Below, in pieces: positions 7,952 through 16,403 of a stretch of 42,531 nucleotides of DNA. The stretch's first letter is position 1, and every line of letters starts with the position of its first letter. The DNA is from a virus. The stretch spans positions 1 to 42,531 of the IMG/VR virus record IMGVR_UViG_3300009503_000008, one strand, 5' to 3'. A model generated the notes under the pieces. It saw nothing but the letters and a program-made list of their open reading frames with translations, had not been told where the DNA came from and searched no databases. Both the position numbers and the translations under genes were made by a program.

Positions 7952-8273
7952 TGGATTCACCACCTTCTCGGTTCTCCTCCGGATAGGGCGCAACACCATA
8001 CTTCTTAACCGTTTCGTCGCGGCTCCGAACAATAAGATCTCGATATTCCTTCACTAGGTCCTGTGCTTCGTCTATCGCAACTTTGCGCGTGGCGTATGCA
8101 CCACCAAGCCTGTAACCGGTGAGCATCTCACTTACGCACCAGAGGCCGTTCATCTTGTGTACAAACAACGTAAGGTCCGGTGCAGTAACGATTTTTTCTC
8201 CCCTCACCACGCGCCATTCGTGTTGGCCATCAACATTATCAACGGCGATGTAGAACTTGTCCTCGCCGAGCAT
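7917..8273 (-). CDS. Hypothetical protein (118 aa)
   Basis: ORF 7917..8291. I prefer the start at 8273 (MLGEDKFY...), which lies behind a GGGGAGGAGTG SD. Confidence 0.55.
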   Translation of the reverse strand: MLGEDKFYIAVDNVDGQHEWRVVRGEKIVTAPDLTLFVHKMNGLWCVSEMLTGYRLGGAYATRKVAIDEAQDLVKEYRDLIVRSRDETVKKYGVAPYPEENREGGESNDPSHMPRMRG

Positions 8274-8372
8274 GATTTCACTCCTCCCCATTCTTTTCGG
8301 CCACTTCCCGATTCTCGTGGGTTCAAACTATGAATCGTATTATGTATCCCGGCTATGCAGCCGGGCAAGACA

Positions 8373-9314
8373 CTATATTTCCACACTCTCCATATTGTCC
8401 ATGGTACTATCGCTTGCGGTTATCTCGTTATCTTCTACCGGCGGCCAGACTTCCTCACCAGTTGCCAAGAGGTTAAGAAAGGTGATCAGATCCGATGCGT
8501 GCTCTTTGGTCAGCTCCTTCGAGGACGTAACGCCGTATCGGTAGCTAATGATGCCGTGCATGGTTTCTTTTGATAAGTCAAGCTCCCGACTCATGGCATA
8601 TATCTTCTTGAGCTGTACATCTGTCGCTTTTGTTTCACCGGTGTTATCCTTGGCGTTGTCCTTGTTGCCGGGAGTGGCCTCAACGACCGTTGCCGGGTGA
8701 ACGGGCCCTGACACCTGCACCGGGGCAGTGGGCAGACTCGACTCGTCGGCAGCCATTTCCTCGACCGAATAGAGGCTGCCAAATTCCTCCGGAAATGCCT
8801 CTCGTAACGCACCCACCAGAGCCACCTTCCTGATCTGCGATCCGGGCATCTTTGCCCACATGGCTTGCGGGCGTCCGTCCTTGAGCGGCATGTACTCGTC
8901 CAGGCTAACGGTCACTCGAAACGGATGGGACCGATCCTTCCGATATACTTCTGCCCATCCCCCGACCAGGCGCTCCGTTTTGAGGACTAGGGACCCTTCC
9001 CGCTCCTCGACTCCGGCATCGGAAACCACAAGGACACCCGCCCGAAAGCCGTCGAACTCCGGATGACGCGCAGCCCTCTTCGTGAACGTCTCTTTGCCAA
9101 CCACTATGGTGGCAGGGCTATTCCCGTATTTGATCAGGTAGACCTCCCGCAAGAACGGATTCAGCCCCTGATAACGGCACAAGTTGAGAAACATCATGAC
9201 CTCTTGATCCGTTACCGCGCCGTTGCCATTGACTAAGTAACGTTTCACGATTTCGGGACTCAACGCTACCTGTCCCGATGCTGTGTCAAACTTTACGAGT
9301 GCCTGATCCGCCAT
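8373..9314 (-). CDS. recT: RecT-family single-strand annealing recombinase
   Basis: LNLCRYQGLNPFLREVYLIKYGNSPATIVVGKETFTKRAARHPEFDG is the RecT core pattern (ldP...e.ylip......iGy.G...la). It lies next to a nuclease. Confidence 0.85.
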   Translation of the reverse strand: MADQALVKFDTASGQVALSPEIVKRYLVNGNGAVTDQEVMMFLNLCRYQGLNPFLREVYLIKYGNSPATIVVGKETFTKRAARHPEFDGFRAGVLVVSDAGVEEREGSLVLKTERLVGGWAEVYRKDRSHPFRVTVSLDEYMPLKDGRPQAMWAKMPGSQIRKVALVGALREAFPEEFGSLYSVEEMAADESSLPTAPVQVSGPVHPATVVEATPGNKDNAKDNTGETKATDVQLKKIYAMSRELDLSKETMHGIISYRYGVTSSKELTKEHASDLITFLNLLATGEEVWPPVEDNEITASDSTMDNMESVEI

Positions 9315-9326
9315 TTTATATACCTC

Positions 9327-10070
9327 CTAAAAATCTTGATGACATATCTTCCAATAACCGCAATGTTTTTCCGAACATAGGAAGTTATCCGGGTTAGGAT
9401 AGAACACTCCAGCGTTTATTGCGGCCACCACCCGCTCGGCGATGGCGGTAAACCGCTGTATGTCTCGTTCCGTCCGTTTCGCCTCCAGGGTGACGACCTT
9501 TGGGTTCCTTGCTTGCACCAAATAGTCAAGCCTCACTCCCGCCTCCGGTATGCCCATAAGGTACCGGTGCGCAAGGCTGTAAGCCGACAACTGGAGATTC
9601 TTGGCCGCGGAGTCCTCGCTCGGGGTTCTCGATGCCGTCTTGGTGTCGTGAATGTATCCTCTGTTGTCCAGCAGGTCGATAAACCCGAGCAAGGTGGTTC
9701 CCGCGAGGGGCACTTCCACCTTTTCCTCCACCAGGAATGGCTGTGTTTTGGGCGCAACCTCCTGGTGATAGAGTGCCGCCAGGGTTACCGCTTCATCCTT
9801 AACCTGGCCGGGCTTTTCGTCCGGCTCAAACTCAGTTAAATCTTGCTCCGCCTCAAAAGCGGCCGCGGTAACTTCTTTTACTTCATGCAGGGGCAGGTCC
9901 TGGTACGATTCAATCTTTTGCCTATAGTTGTGTTCCTGCCCCTTGTGCACCGCTCGTCCCTTCGTTAGCGCGGACTTCGGCGGTAGTACCATGCCGCATA
10001 CGTAGCGGTAATAGTAGGATGCTGGGCAGCGCAGGTACATATTGATCTGTGTCGGGGATATGTGATCCAT
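9327..10070 (-). CDS. PD-(D/E)XK nuclease, Cas4/RecB-like, with a Cys cluster
   Basis: YLRCP near the N-terminus, GFIDLLDNRGYIHDTK (D...D.K catalytic core) and a C-terminal CSEKHCGYWKIC cluster. This is the typical exonuclease partner of RecT. Confidence 0.8.
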   Translation of the reverse strand: MDHISPTQINMYLRCPASYYYRYVCGMVLPPKSALTKGRAVHKGQEHNYRQKIESYQDLPLHEVKEVTAAAFEAEQDLTEFEPDEKPGQVKDEAVTLAALYHQEVAPKTQPFLVEEKVEVPLAGTTLLGFIDLLDNRGYIHDTKTASRTPSEDSAAKNLQLSAYSLAHRYLMGIPEAGVRLDYLVQARNPKVVTLEAKRTERDIQRFTAIAERVVAAINAGVFYPNPDNFLCSEKHCGYWKICHQDF

Positions 10071-10135
10071 GGAGCTCCTTTCTTCCCCTTACGGGGAGGG
10101 GTATGTCGAGGGTGCCTCTCGACATACCCCGATGG

Positions 10136-10534
10136 TTAACCAACCATTGATTCCAGTACCCGCCGCCGCTCATCCTCCGGCAGGTCGGCTAGCATCCGCG
10201 CGGCCCGCTCGGCGGGGGTCTCCCATACGAGTGTGAAGAAAGTGACACCGCCGATGTCTATATACCGCTCCAGGTGCGTGGCATCCGATGTCGGCTTTAC
10301 ATGTGTGTCCATTCCCGCGAAGGTCCTATCAAAGTCCGAACCCAACATCTGCACCCGAATTTTCAAGTTGCCCATTGCCGAGAAATCCGCCATCATGCCG
10401 ATGGCAGACGTTTCTATGACGATCTCCTCAATTAACTCAGTCAGCCGCTGGCATTTGTGCTCCAGGCTCTCTGGCAGCGGCTCCTTATGGTGCTGGAGCT
10501 CGCATACGTCGTACATAGCCATATCTTCCGACAT
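10136..10534 (-). CDS. Hypothetical protein (132 aa)
   Basis: ORF 10136..10642. I prefer the internal start at 10534 (MSEDMAMYDV...), behind an AAGGGGG SD. Confidence 0.55.
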   Translation of the reverse strand: MSEDMAMYDVCELQHHKEPLPESLEHKCQRLTELIEEIVIETSAIGMMADFSAMGNLKIRVQMLGSDFDRTFAGMDTHVKPTSDATHLERYIDIGGVTFFTLVWETPAERAARMLADLPEDERRRVLESMVG

Positions 10535-10645
10535 TAAATTAACCCCCTTGATCCCCGCCGTCATGTGCGGTATAATGACGGCAAGGAAATACTCCTTAAA
10601 ACTCTCCCTTCCTTCGCCTCCGGGCCGCACTCCCGGAGGCATTTG

Positions 10646-10750
10646 CTACTCCGGCACCTTGCCGGTGCCATTGCATGTAGCGCAGATCCATTCGGTTTCC
10701 ATCTCATCGTCCCACAGCACGCCTGTTCCGCCGCATCCCGGACAGGTCAT
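10646..10750 (-). CDS. Tiny DnaJ-type zinc-finger protein (34 aa)
   Basis: MTCPGCGGTGVLWDDEMETEWICATCNGTGKVPE has two CxxCxGxG knuckles. An AGGAGGTGG SD lies upstream of the ATG at 10750. Confidence 0.4.
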   Translation of the reverse strand: MTCPGCGGTGVLWDDEMETEWICATCNGTGKVPE

Positions 10751-10844
10751 TTGATTCCACCTCCTGACTCCCATAGTCTCCGTAGCATCTCCACCCGTTT
10801 CCGGTGCCGTTTGGCTGCCCTGCGGTGCTCCAGCCACCGCCGAA

Positions 10845-11120
10845 TCAGTCCCACCATGGCGATACTTCCTCCGCTACCCGAATTTGCCAACCGCGCTCGT
10901 CGCAGCTGAGAAGCCGGTCCTCCGCCTCCAGGACGTGCCACGCCCAACGGGCGCATTCCGTGGAACACACCACGTCCCGGCCATTCATTGCCGGCCAGAT
11001 CTCCAAATACTCCTGACCTGCGTAAATACCGGCCCCGCATACCAGACATTTCACCACCGGATGACTGTTTGGATGATCACTTGCCAGCGGTTCCGAAAAA
11101 CGGTCCAGAGATACCCACAT
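10845..11120 (-). CDS. Hypothetical Cys-containing protein (91 aa)
   Basis: ORF 10845..11195. The start at 11120 (MWVSLDRF...) follows an AAGGGGG SD. Confidence 0.5.
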   Translation of the reverse strand: MWVSLDRFSEPLASDHPNSHPVVKCLVCGAGIYAGQEYLEIWPAMNGRDVVCSTECARWAWHVLEAEDRLLSCDERGWQIRVAEEVSPWWD

Positions 11121-11139
11121 ACCGTTGCCCCCTTGGTCG

Positions 11140-11514
11140 TTACAGCCCGAACTCGTCCGCCACAGGCCAGCTAAACACGCAGCCGCAGGCCGCACAGAAT
11201 GCCGTAATCACCCTGTCCCCTCTGAGCCACCTACCGGGTCCATACCCGCAGGCCGGACATCTTCCGTCGGCGGATTGTCCGCCGGCCGCCGAGATGGCAA
11301 CGATAGGAAACGGGCCTTTCGGGGTGTGAAAATCCCCGCAATCCCTGACGCGGAACGACCCGCAGCACAACTGGCTGATCCCATAGTGTCGCAGTACCGC
11401 GACCACCTGCCGCGAGAACTCCGCTTCGCCGATTTCCCCGTCTGCTCGACTGCGAAGCAGAGAGCGGATCGCATCCCGGTCCTCCTGCGCCGGGAAGGAC
11501 AATATCTTAGCCAT
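11140..11514 (-). CDS. Hypothetical protein with a C-terminal Zn ribbon (124 aa)
   Basis: The start at 11514 (MAKILSFPAQED...) follows a GGAGGAGG SD. CPACG...CAACGC lies at the C-terminus. Confidence 0.5.
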   Translation of the reverse strand: MAKILSFPAQEDRDAIRSLLRSRADGEIGEAEFSRQVVAVLRHYGISQLCCGSFRVRDCGDFHTPKGPFPIVAISAAGGQSADGRCPACGYGPGRWLRGDRVITAFCAACGCVFSWPVADEFGL

Positions 11515-11665
11515 TTTTCCTCCTCCATTCCTCAAAGAGCGGGAGAAGGTTCCGCGCCAGGTCCCGCTCCAGCCGGCGGGATTCCTGCGCCGGTAGCACC
11601 CGGATCACCCGCCGGTCCAGGACGTTGCCCTTGCGATCAACGGCCACGCGGACATGAGCCCACAT
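11507..11665 (-). CDS. Small hypothetical protein (52 aa)
   Basis: ATG at 11665 behind GGAAAGGTGGTG. Translation is MWAHVRVAVDRKGNVLDRRVIRVLPAQESRRLERDLARNLLPLFEEWRRKNG. Its stop overlaps the next start. It is below the ORF-track cutoff. Confidence 0.35.
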   Translation of the reverse strand: MWAHVRVAVDRKGNVLDRRVIRVLPAQESRRLERDLARNLLPLFEEWRRKNG

Positions 11666-11749
11666 GGGGATCACCACCTTTCCAATGAAAGCGTCTTCCG
11701 GTTAAGGGACGGTTTGCCCCCAAAAAAGCAAGATGACCGGCAGAACGGG

Positions 11750-11998
11750 CTATTCTGTCCCGTCCGTGCCGGTCGGTTTATCTGACGTTCCGTTAGATTT
11801 GCTCCCAAAAAAAATCTCATCGGGGCGGACCCCAAAGATATCGGCTATCCGCAGTCCGAGGATAAGCCGAGGGGTGCGAACTCCCGACTCGATCATTCCG
11901 TAATAGGCATCAGTCACGCCCAGCCGTTCGGCTACCTGCCGCTGGGTCCACCCCCGGCTGGTCCGTAAATCAATAAGGCCCTTTCGCCTGTCGGCCAT
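11750..11998 (-). CDS. XRE-family HTH regulator, Cro-like; first gene of the leftward early operon
   Basis: GWTQRQVAERLGVTDAYYGMIESGVRTP is a classic HTH_3 motif. The start at 11998 follows an AGGAGGTGG SD. It is divergent from the CI-like gene. Confidence 0.75.
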   Translation of the reverse strand: MADRRKGLIDLRTSRGWTQRQVAERLGVTDAYYGMIESGVRTPRLILGLRIADIFGVRPDEIFFGSKSNGTSDKPTGTDGTE

Positions 11999-12034
11999 GG
12001 CTCCACCTCCTAACGATTCGTTTGCCATGGACCC

Positions 12035-12063
12035 AGTATAACAAACGGTTTGTTGGTTGTCAA
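12035..12063 (-). promoter_or_regulatory. Sigma70-type early leftward promoter (TTGACA-17-TATACT)
   Basis: The minus-strand sequence reads TTGACAaccaacaaaccgtttgtTATACT. The -35 is at 12063-12058 and the -10 at 12040-12035. Confidence 0.6.
12040..12054. promoter_or_regulatory. 15-bp palindromic operator candidate AACAAAC-g-GTTTGTT
   Basis: Perfect 7-bp arms occupy the spacer of the leftward promoter. A weaker related site, AACGAtTCGTT, lies at about 12012-12022. Confidence 0.5.
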
Positions 12064-12091
12064 GAGAGAAGTCTACTTTTTGTTAGATTTA

Positions 12092-12120
12092 TTTACCCCA
12101 ACCCCGCGTTGTGTTATATT
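12092..12120 (+). promoter_or_regulatory. Candidate rightward promoter for the repressor gene (TTTACC-17-TATATT)
   Basis: The -35 tttacc is at 12092-12097 and the -10 tatatt at 12115-12120, preceded by TGt. An AAGGGGGG SD and a TTG start at 12141 follow. Confidence 0.4.
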
Positions 12121-12140
12121 AAGAGTAAGGGGGGATTAAA

Positions 12141-12554
12141 TTGAAAGTAATTGGTAATCGCCTGAAGGAGGCCAGGAAGGCCAAGGGGATGACACAAGAG
12201 GAACTGGGGAATATTGTCGGAGTTACACCGGAAGCAATTGGAAATTACGAGAACGAAAAAAGGGAGCCAAAAGGGGTTATTTTTACCAAGCTCCTGGACG
12301 CCCTAGGTGTGTCGGCAGACTTTATACTTGGCCGCACCGATAGTGCCACATACATAGAGCCCCAACAAACGAGGACGCGCAACCTCTCCTATCTCAACGC
12401 TCCCGATCCCGGCACGGCGCTCAACAGGGCCCTGGAGATAGCCCAGGAAGAGAACTGGACCCATGACGACCTACGGGACGCCATCCGGACGCTGGCAGAC
12501 CGGTGGGGTTTTTTTCCGGGCGGGGCTACCCGCCCCGCGACGGCAACCGCATAA
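12141..12554 (+). CDS. XRE-family HTH repressor, CI-like, without a peptidase domain
   Basis: TTG start. RLKEARKAKGMTQEELGNIVGVTPEAIGNYENEKREP is a canonical HTH_3 motif. It is divergent from the Cro-like gene and upstream of the integrase. Confidence 0.75.
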   Translation: MKVIGNRLKEARKAKGMTQEELGNIVGVTPEAIGNYENEKREPKGVIFTKLLDALGVSADFILGRTDSATYIEPQQTRTRNLSYLNAPDPGTALNRALEIAQEENWTHDDLRDAIRTLADRWGFFPGGATRPATATA

Positions 12555-12588
12555 TCGCAAGATAGTGCACTGAGGGGAGGGTCGCCCC

Positions 12589-12726
12589 ATGAGTCACGGT
12601 CTCCTTGTTTTGGCGGGGGTACTACTGCTGGTGCTCCTGCCAATCGGCTTTTCTATCGACAAATCGGCCTATCAGCGCGGATTCCGCGATGGTCAGATGG
12701 ACGTGCTGAAACGCCGCCATGACTAG
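12589..12726 (+). CDS. Small membrane protein (45 aa)
   Basis: ATG at 12589 after GGGGAGGG. Translation is MSHGLLVLAGVLLLVLLPIGFSIDKSAYQRGFRDGQMDVLKRRHD. It overlaps the recombinase start. Confidence 0.35.
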   Translation: MSHGLLVLAGVLLLVLLPIGFSIDKSAYQRGFRDGQMDVLKRRHD

Positions 12727-14275
12727 GGCGCTTATCTATACCCGTTATTCCACGGACCGCCAACGTCAGGAGTCTACCTTGGCCCAGCTCCGTGCCTGCC
12801 GCGCCTACTGCGAGGTCCGGGGCTACACGATCGTCGCGGTCTTCTCCGATGAGGCCACCACCGGCACGACCGACGACAGACCGCAGTTTCAGGCGGCAAT
12901 GGACCTGGTGCGGTCGGGCGGGTGCGACGTGTTCGTGGTTCATAAACTCGACCGTTGGGCGAGGGATCGGATCGACGATGCGATCTATGACCGGGAGCTC
13001 CAGGCCGCCGGCGTGCGCCTGGAGTCCGTGGCGGAAGGCATAGACGAAAGCCGGCCGGCCGGCCATCTGATGCGCGGCGTGTTCACCGCGATAAACGATT
13101 TCTACTCCCGCAACCTCGCGGAGGAGTCGATGAAGGGACTCCGCGAAAATGCCTACCAGGGGCGGCACAACGGCGGCAAACCTCCCCTCGGCTATGACGT
13201 GGATAGGGATGGCCGCTACGTGGTCAACGAGCGGGAGGCGGCGGCCGTCCGCTTGATTTTCGCCATGGCGGCCGAGGGGCGGGGATACAGCGAAATAATT
13301 GACCGCATGACACGGGCCGGCTACACCACCAAGGTCGGCAAACCGTTCGGGAAGAATTCGATTCACGAACTTTTGACAAACGAGAAGTACATAGGGGTGT
13401 ATGTCTACAACCGCGTCCAGGAGCGCAAGCGGGGGCAGCCGCGTTCCAGCCGGCGGAGGAACCCGGAGGACAAAATCGTCCGGGTTCCGGGGGCGGTCCC
13501 GGCCATAATAGAGGAGGAGGTCTTTCGATCTGTGCAGGAAAAACTGGCCGCCCGCCGGTCCCACTCCGAGCGGGCCCGCAATGTCGCCAGGACGGTCTAC
13601 CTTTTGGCCGGCCTGGTCCGGTGCGGCGAATGCGGATCGGCCTACGTCGGCACGTCCACCGTCTGCCGGGGCAAACGCTACCACTACTACCAATGCGGCC
13701 GGCGTGCCCAGACGCGCGACTGCCGGGCCCGGCGAATCCCCAAGGAGGATCTGGAGGCCGTGGTGCTGGCCGAGGTGCGCCAGACGTTTTTCGGCCTGGA
13801 GGGGAATCGTCAAATAGTCGCCGACCTGGTGGAGATGTCCCGCCGGCAAAACGAGTCGGCCGGTCGGGAGATGGAGGAGGCCACGAAGGCGCTGGCGGCG
13901 GCCAAGCGTGAAAAGGAGAGACTGATCCAGGCCATCAAGGACGGCGTACCGGCCGCCGTGGTGAAGGATGAGCTGATGGCCGCCGACGCCAGGGTGACGG
14001 CCCTGCAGGGGGAAATCGAGAGGTTGTCGGCCGCCAAGGGGATCGAGATAACGCCTGGGATGGCGGAGAAATTCCTGCGGGAGCTGCGGAATGTGTATTC
14101 CGTAGTGCTGGAGGGAGGGGACGACCGCCGGGTGCAGGCGGCCATCCGGAGACTGGTGGGAGGGGTGGAGATCCAGGCGGATCGGGTCATCCTGGATCTC
14201 CGGATAAATTTGCAGGCTGATGGTGTCGGAGGCCCGACATGGGCGGCCTGCAAAGTGGTGACGACCAAAAAATAA
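12719..14275 (+). CDS. Large serine recombinase (phage integrase type)
   Basis: The resolvase catalytic domain is ALIYTRYSTDRQRQ...FVVHKLDRWARD. It is followed by a recombinase domain, the zinc ribbon CGECGSAY...YYQC and a C-terminal coiled coil. Length is 518 aa. Confidence 0.9.
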   Translation: MTRALIYTRYSTDRQRQESTLAQLRACRAYCEVRGYTIVAVFSDEATTGTTDDRPQFQAAMDLVRSGGCDVFVVHKLDRWARDRIDDAIYDRELQAAGVRLESVAEGIDESRPAGHLMRGVFTAINDFYSRNLAEESMKGLRENAYQGRHNGGKPPLGYDVDRDGRYVVNEREAAAVRLIFAMAAEGRGYSEIIDRMTRAGYTTKVGKPFGKNSIHELLTNEKYIGVYVYNRVQERKRGQPRSSRRRNPEDKIVRVPGAVPAIIEEEVFRSVQEKLAARRSHSERARNVARTVYLLAGLVRCGECGSAYVGTSTVCRGKRYHYYQCGRRAQTRDCRARRIPKEDLEAVVLAEVRQTFFGLEGNRQIVADLVEMSRRQNESAGREMEEATKALAAAKREKERLIQAIKDGVPAAVVKDELMAADARVTALQGEIERLSAAKGIEITPGMAEKFLRELRNVYSVVLEGGDDRRVQAAIRRLVGGVEIQADRVILDLRINLQADGVGGPTWAACKVVTTKK

Positions 14276-14376
14276 GCCGCCCGCAGCGGCTAATCTTCCT
14301 TTCTCGCTTTTCTCCTCGGCTCCCCGAACACCGCCGCCATGCCCTCGAAGGAAAAGGTAGTTGCAGACAAAAAAAG

Positions 14377-14396
14377 AACCCCACCGAAGCGGGGTT
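14377..14396. terminator. Bidirectional terminator-like hairpin between convergent genes
   Basis: AACCCC-accgaagc-GGGGTT, flanked by an A-run upstream and agttttc downstream. It lies between the integrase and RHH gene 3' ends. Confidence 0.4.
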
Positions 14397-14401
14397 AGTT
14401 T

Positions 14402-14611
14402 TCATGATTCTTGGAATTCTTTCTCTTGAATATATCGTTCTATGGCAGCTGCCAAGACATCCTGCCGGCTGACCGATACCCGCACCGGGCCCGTTTGGGC
14501 CGCTTTGGCCTCCGCGTCCAGACGGGCAACCAGGGCATCCAACTGGGCTAGGAGTTTTTCGGGAATCCGAACGTAAATTATTTTACTATTAGGGATTGTT
14601 TTGTTGGGCAT
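14402..14611 (-). CDS. Ribbon-helix-helix (CopG/Arc-like) protein; last gene of the cassette
   Basis: IIYVRIPEKLLAQLDALVARL...SRQDVLAAAIERYI fits the strand-helix-helix RHH layout. Confidence 0.65.
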   Translation of the reverse strand: MPNKTIPNSKIIYVRIPEKLLAQLDALVARLDAEAKAAQTGPVRVSVSRQDVLAAAIERYIQEKEFQES

Positions 14612-14658
14612 ATTGTATTCTCCTTTCTCCCGCCTTAGCCGGGCGGGACGGCTATGTA
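14612..14658 (-). promoter_or_regulatory. Cassette intergenic module A (TACATA-hairpin-RBS)
   Basis: mRNA sense: TACATAGCC-gTCCCGCCcggctaaGGCGGGAg-AAAGGAGAatacaat-ATG. A perfect hairpin GCCGGGGCcaaaGCCCCGGC lies just upstream (14664-14683). Confidence 0.6.
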
Positions 14659-14683
14659 GAGGTGCCGGGGCTTTGGCCCCGGC

Positions 14684-15469
14684 CTAGTCTACCCTGCCAC
14701 CGTTCGGGAAGCGGTGCAGGGCGATATATGCACCCTGCCCGACTTCGATGGGGTCATGGTCCCGGGCGATGATACGAACGGGACCACGCAGGTACAGGGC
14801 GGCACGCGGAAACCCGTTGTAGAGCACGCCGAGAGGGGTAGCGTGCTCCTCGTTGTCCTCCGGAACATCCACTTCGCCGGCATCTACCGGCACGTGGTTG
14901 AAAAACCACGGCCGGTGGGTAGGCCAGGAGTTCCAAGTGGCGAGGTCCGCCGGCAACGCCTCGGGCTGAGTGACAATTTCGAGTCCGCCCTGGGTGATCA
15001 CGGGCTCCCCTTCTATTGCCGCCGGGGCGTTGGTGTCGTTTTGGGCACTTGTCGCCCAGAACACCGGCCGGCCATAGTGCCAGCCGGCCAGGGAGGGGGC
15101 AAGCACGAACACATCCATGAGGTTTTTTGCCGGCGTCAGCGGCGCAAGCCCAACGCGCCGCGCCAGCGAGAAGAGTGAACCTACCATGGCAGCGGGCACG
15201 GTCAGCCGCACCCACTCGCCAACATATCCGTCTACGGGGTGTGGCGCAGGCGGTTCCCCGCCGATTTGGAGGTGATGGCGGCCGTTCCAGGCCGCCAGGA
15301 TGGCGCCCGTGTCCTGACCAGGCTGGTAGTCCACCAGCTGATGGCTGACGTAGGGGCTGTTGAGCCCCGCCGCGTGGGCCTCTATGGCCCCTACCTGCAC
15401 GGTAGGAGCCGTGCAGGCGCAGATGGATTCGACGGCGCTTTGCAGGCGGTTAAGGTCGATCAAACGCAT
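14684..15469 (-). CDS. Hypothetical protein (261 aa), cassette gene 6
   Basis: ORF 14684..15604. The start at 15469 (MRLIDLNRLQSAVES...) follows an AAAGGAGA SD and module B. I recognise no family. Confidence 0.6.
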   Translation of the reverse strand: MRLIDLNRLQSAVESICACTAPTVQVGAIEAHAAGLNSPYVSHQLVDYQPGQDTGAILAAWNGRHHLQIGGEPPAPHPVDGYVGEWVRLTVPAAMVGSLFSLARRVGLAPLTPAKNLMDVFVLAPSLAGWHYGRPVFWATSAQNDTNAPAAIEGEPVITQGGLEIVTQPEALPADLATWNSWPTHRPWFFNHVPVDAGEVDVPEDNEEHATPLGVLYNGFPRAALYLRGPVRIIARDHDPIEVGQGAYIALHRFPNGGRVD

Positions 15470-15519
15470 GAAAATTCTCCTTTCGCCCCGGCGGCTTAGT
15501 CCCGCCCGCAGGCTATGTA
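15470..15519 (-). promoter_or_regulatory. Cassette intergenic module B
   Basis: mRNA sense: TACATAGCC-tgcGGGCGGgactaagCCGCCggggcg-AAAGGAGAattttc-ATG. A long hairpin lies at 15526-15568 (CCCGCTCCcTGCCCGC...GCGGGCAaGGAGCGGG). Confidence 0.55.
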
Positions 15520-15578
15520 CTATGGCCCGCTCCTTGCCCGCTGGACGTTCTGGCGGGCAGGGAGCGGGAGACAGGGGC

Positions 15579-16313
15579 CTAGAGACCCAGTGCAACGGCC
15601 TCATGCGGCTCGACTTCGCGGGGCCTGCCGGCCTCGCTTAACCGCATGAGGACTGAACCTCTGCGGCGGGTCCTCCATTGCCGCCATACCGCCGTGCCAG
15701 GATCGCCGGTGACCAGGGAAATGTAGCCATTTCCCTGGAGGTCCATCCTGACCCCCTCACAACCGGTGACGGGAGTGATGTCCTGGCGGGCTGCCAGGAC
15801 AAATTTTCCTGGAGCCGGAATCAGCCGATATATCTCCACCCCGGCCGCTTCACCTGCGGCCTCGTAGGTATACCCCGGCCACACATGGCCGGAATACGAA
15901 AACTCAATGCCTGGTGTCCCAGCGGCCTGGGGGCCCACAAGGGCCTGGCCCCAGCGGCCGTTCTGTGACTTCCGCAGGAGGAGGGTTACCTCCTCCTTTG
16001 CCGCCGCTTGTGCTGGCGGCGGGACGACCGTTACTTGGTAGGTAACGGCCTCGCCGGCCACCTGCCGCAGGGTCTCAAGGTCTAACTCTTTCCCCCGGAG
16101 CTCAGGGGAAAGAGTAAGAGGAATTTCTGTCACGCTGGCAGCGAGCGCCGCCAGCGACAAAGGGAGTACCCCAATGACGTGTTTCCCCTGTACGTCCTGC
16201 GGGGTGGCGTGCGAAATAACACGCACGTCATCCCCGATTAGGCCGCGCTCCCGAAGGAGCTCAACCAAAGCCGGATGCCGAGTTACTACAATTGTGTTTT
16301 CCATATTATTCAT
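15579..16313 (-). CDS. Csx16-like (VVA1548-family) N-terminal domain fused to an unknown C-terminal domain (244 aa), cassette gene 5
   Basis: NTIVVTRHPALVELLRERGL...VISHATPQDVQGKHVIGVLPLSLAALAASVTEIPLTLSPELRGKELDLETL matches my recollection of the Csx16 pattern (v.sRH.ga.eWl...g....Hl....i..gd.ViG.LP..LAA.v......L.l.lp...RG.EL). The start is at 16313 or 16304. Confidence 0.5.
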   Translation of the reverse strand: MNNMENTIVVTRHPALVELLRERGLIGDDVRVISHATPQDVQGKHVIGVLPLSLAALAASVTEIPLTLSPELRGKELDLETLRQVAGEAVTYQVTVVPPPAQAAAKEEVTLLLRKSQNGRWGQALVGPQAAGTPGIEFSYSGHVWPGYTYEAAGEAAGVEIYRLIPAPGKFVLAARQDITPVTGCEGVRMDLQGNGYISLVTGDPGTAVWRQWRTRRRGSVLMRLSEAGRPREVEPHEAVALGL

Positions 16314-16354
16314 TCCTTTCTCCCGCCCTTTAGCCCGGGCGGGCTGGATTATGT
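16314..16354 (-). promoter_or_regulatory. Cassette intergenic module C
   Basis: mRNA sense: ACATAATCC-agCCCGCCCgggctaaaGGGCGGGag-AAAGGA-ATG. The upstream element at 16355-16392 is homologous to 17428-17470. Confidence 0.55.
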
Positions 16355-16403
16355 TCGGTGGCCGGTTGTTCACCCGGACGACCAGCCGAGGTGCGGGGCT
16401 AAT

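Noticed and set aside
12653-13849. 398-aa ORF antisense to the serine recombinase
   Set aside because: It lies fully inside the well-supported recombinase gene on the other strand. Its composition is R/G/P/A-rich with no motifs or RBS. This is a typical shadow ORF in GC-rich DNA.
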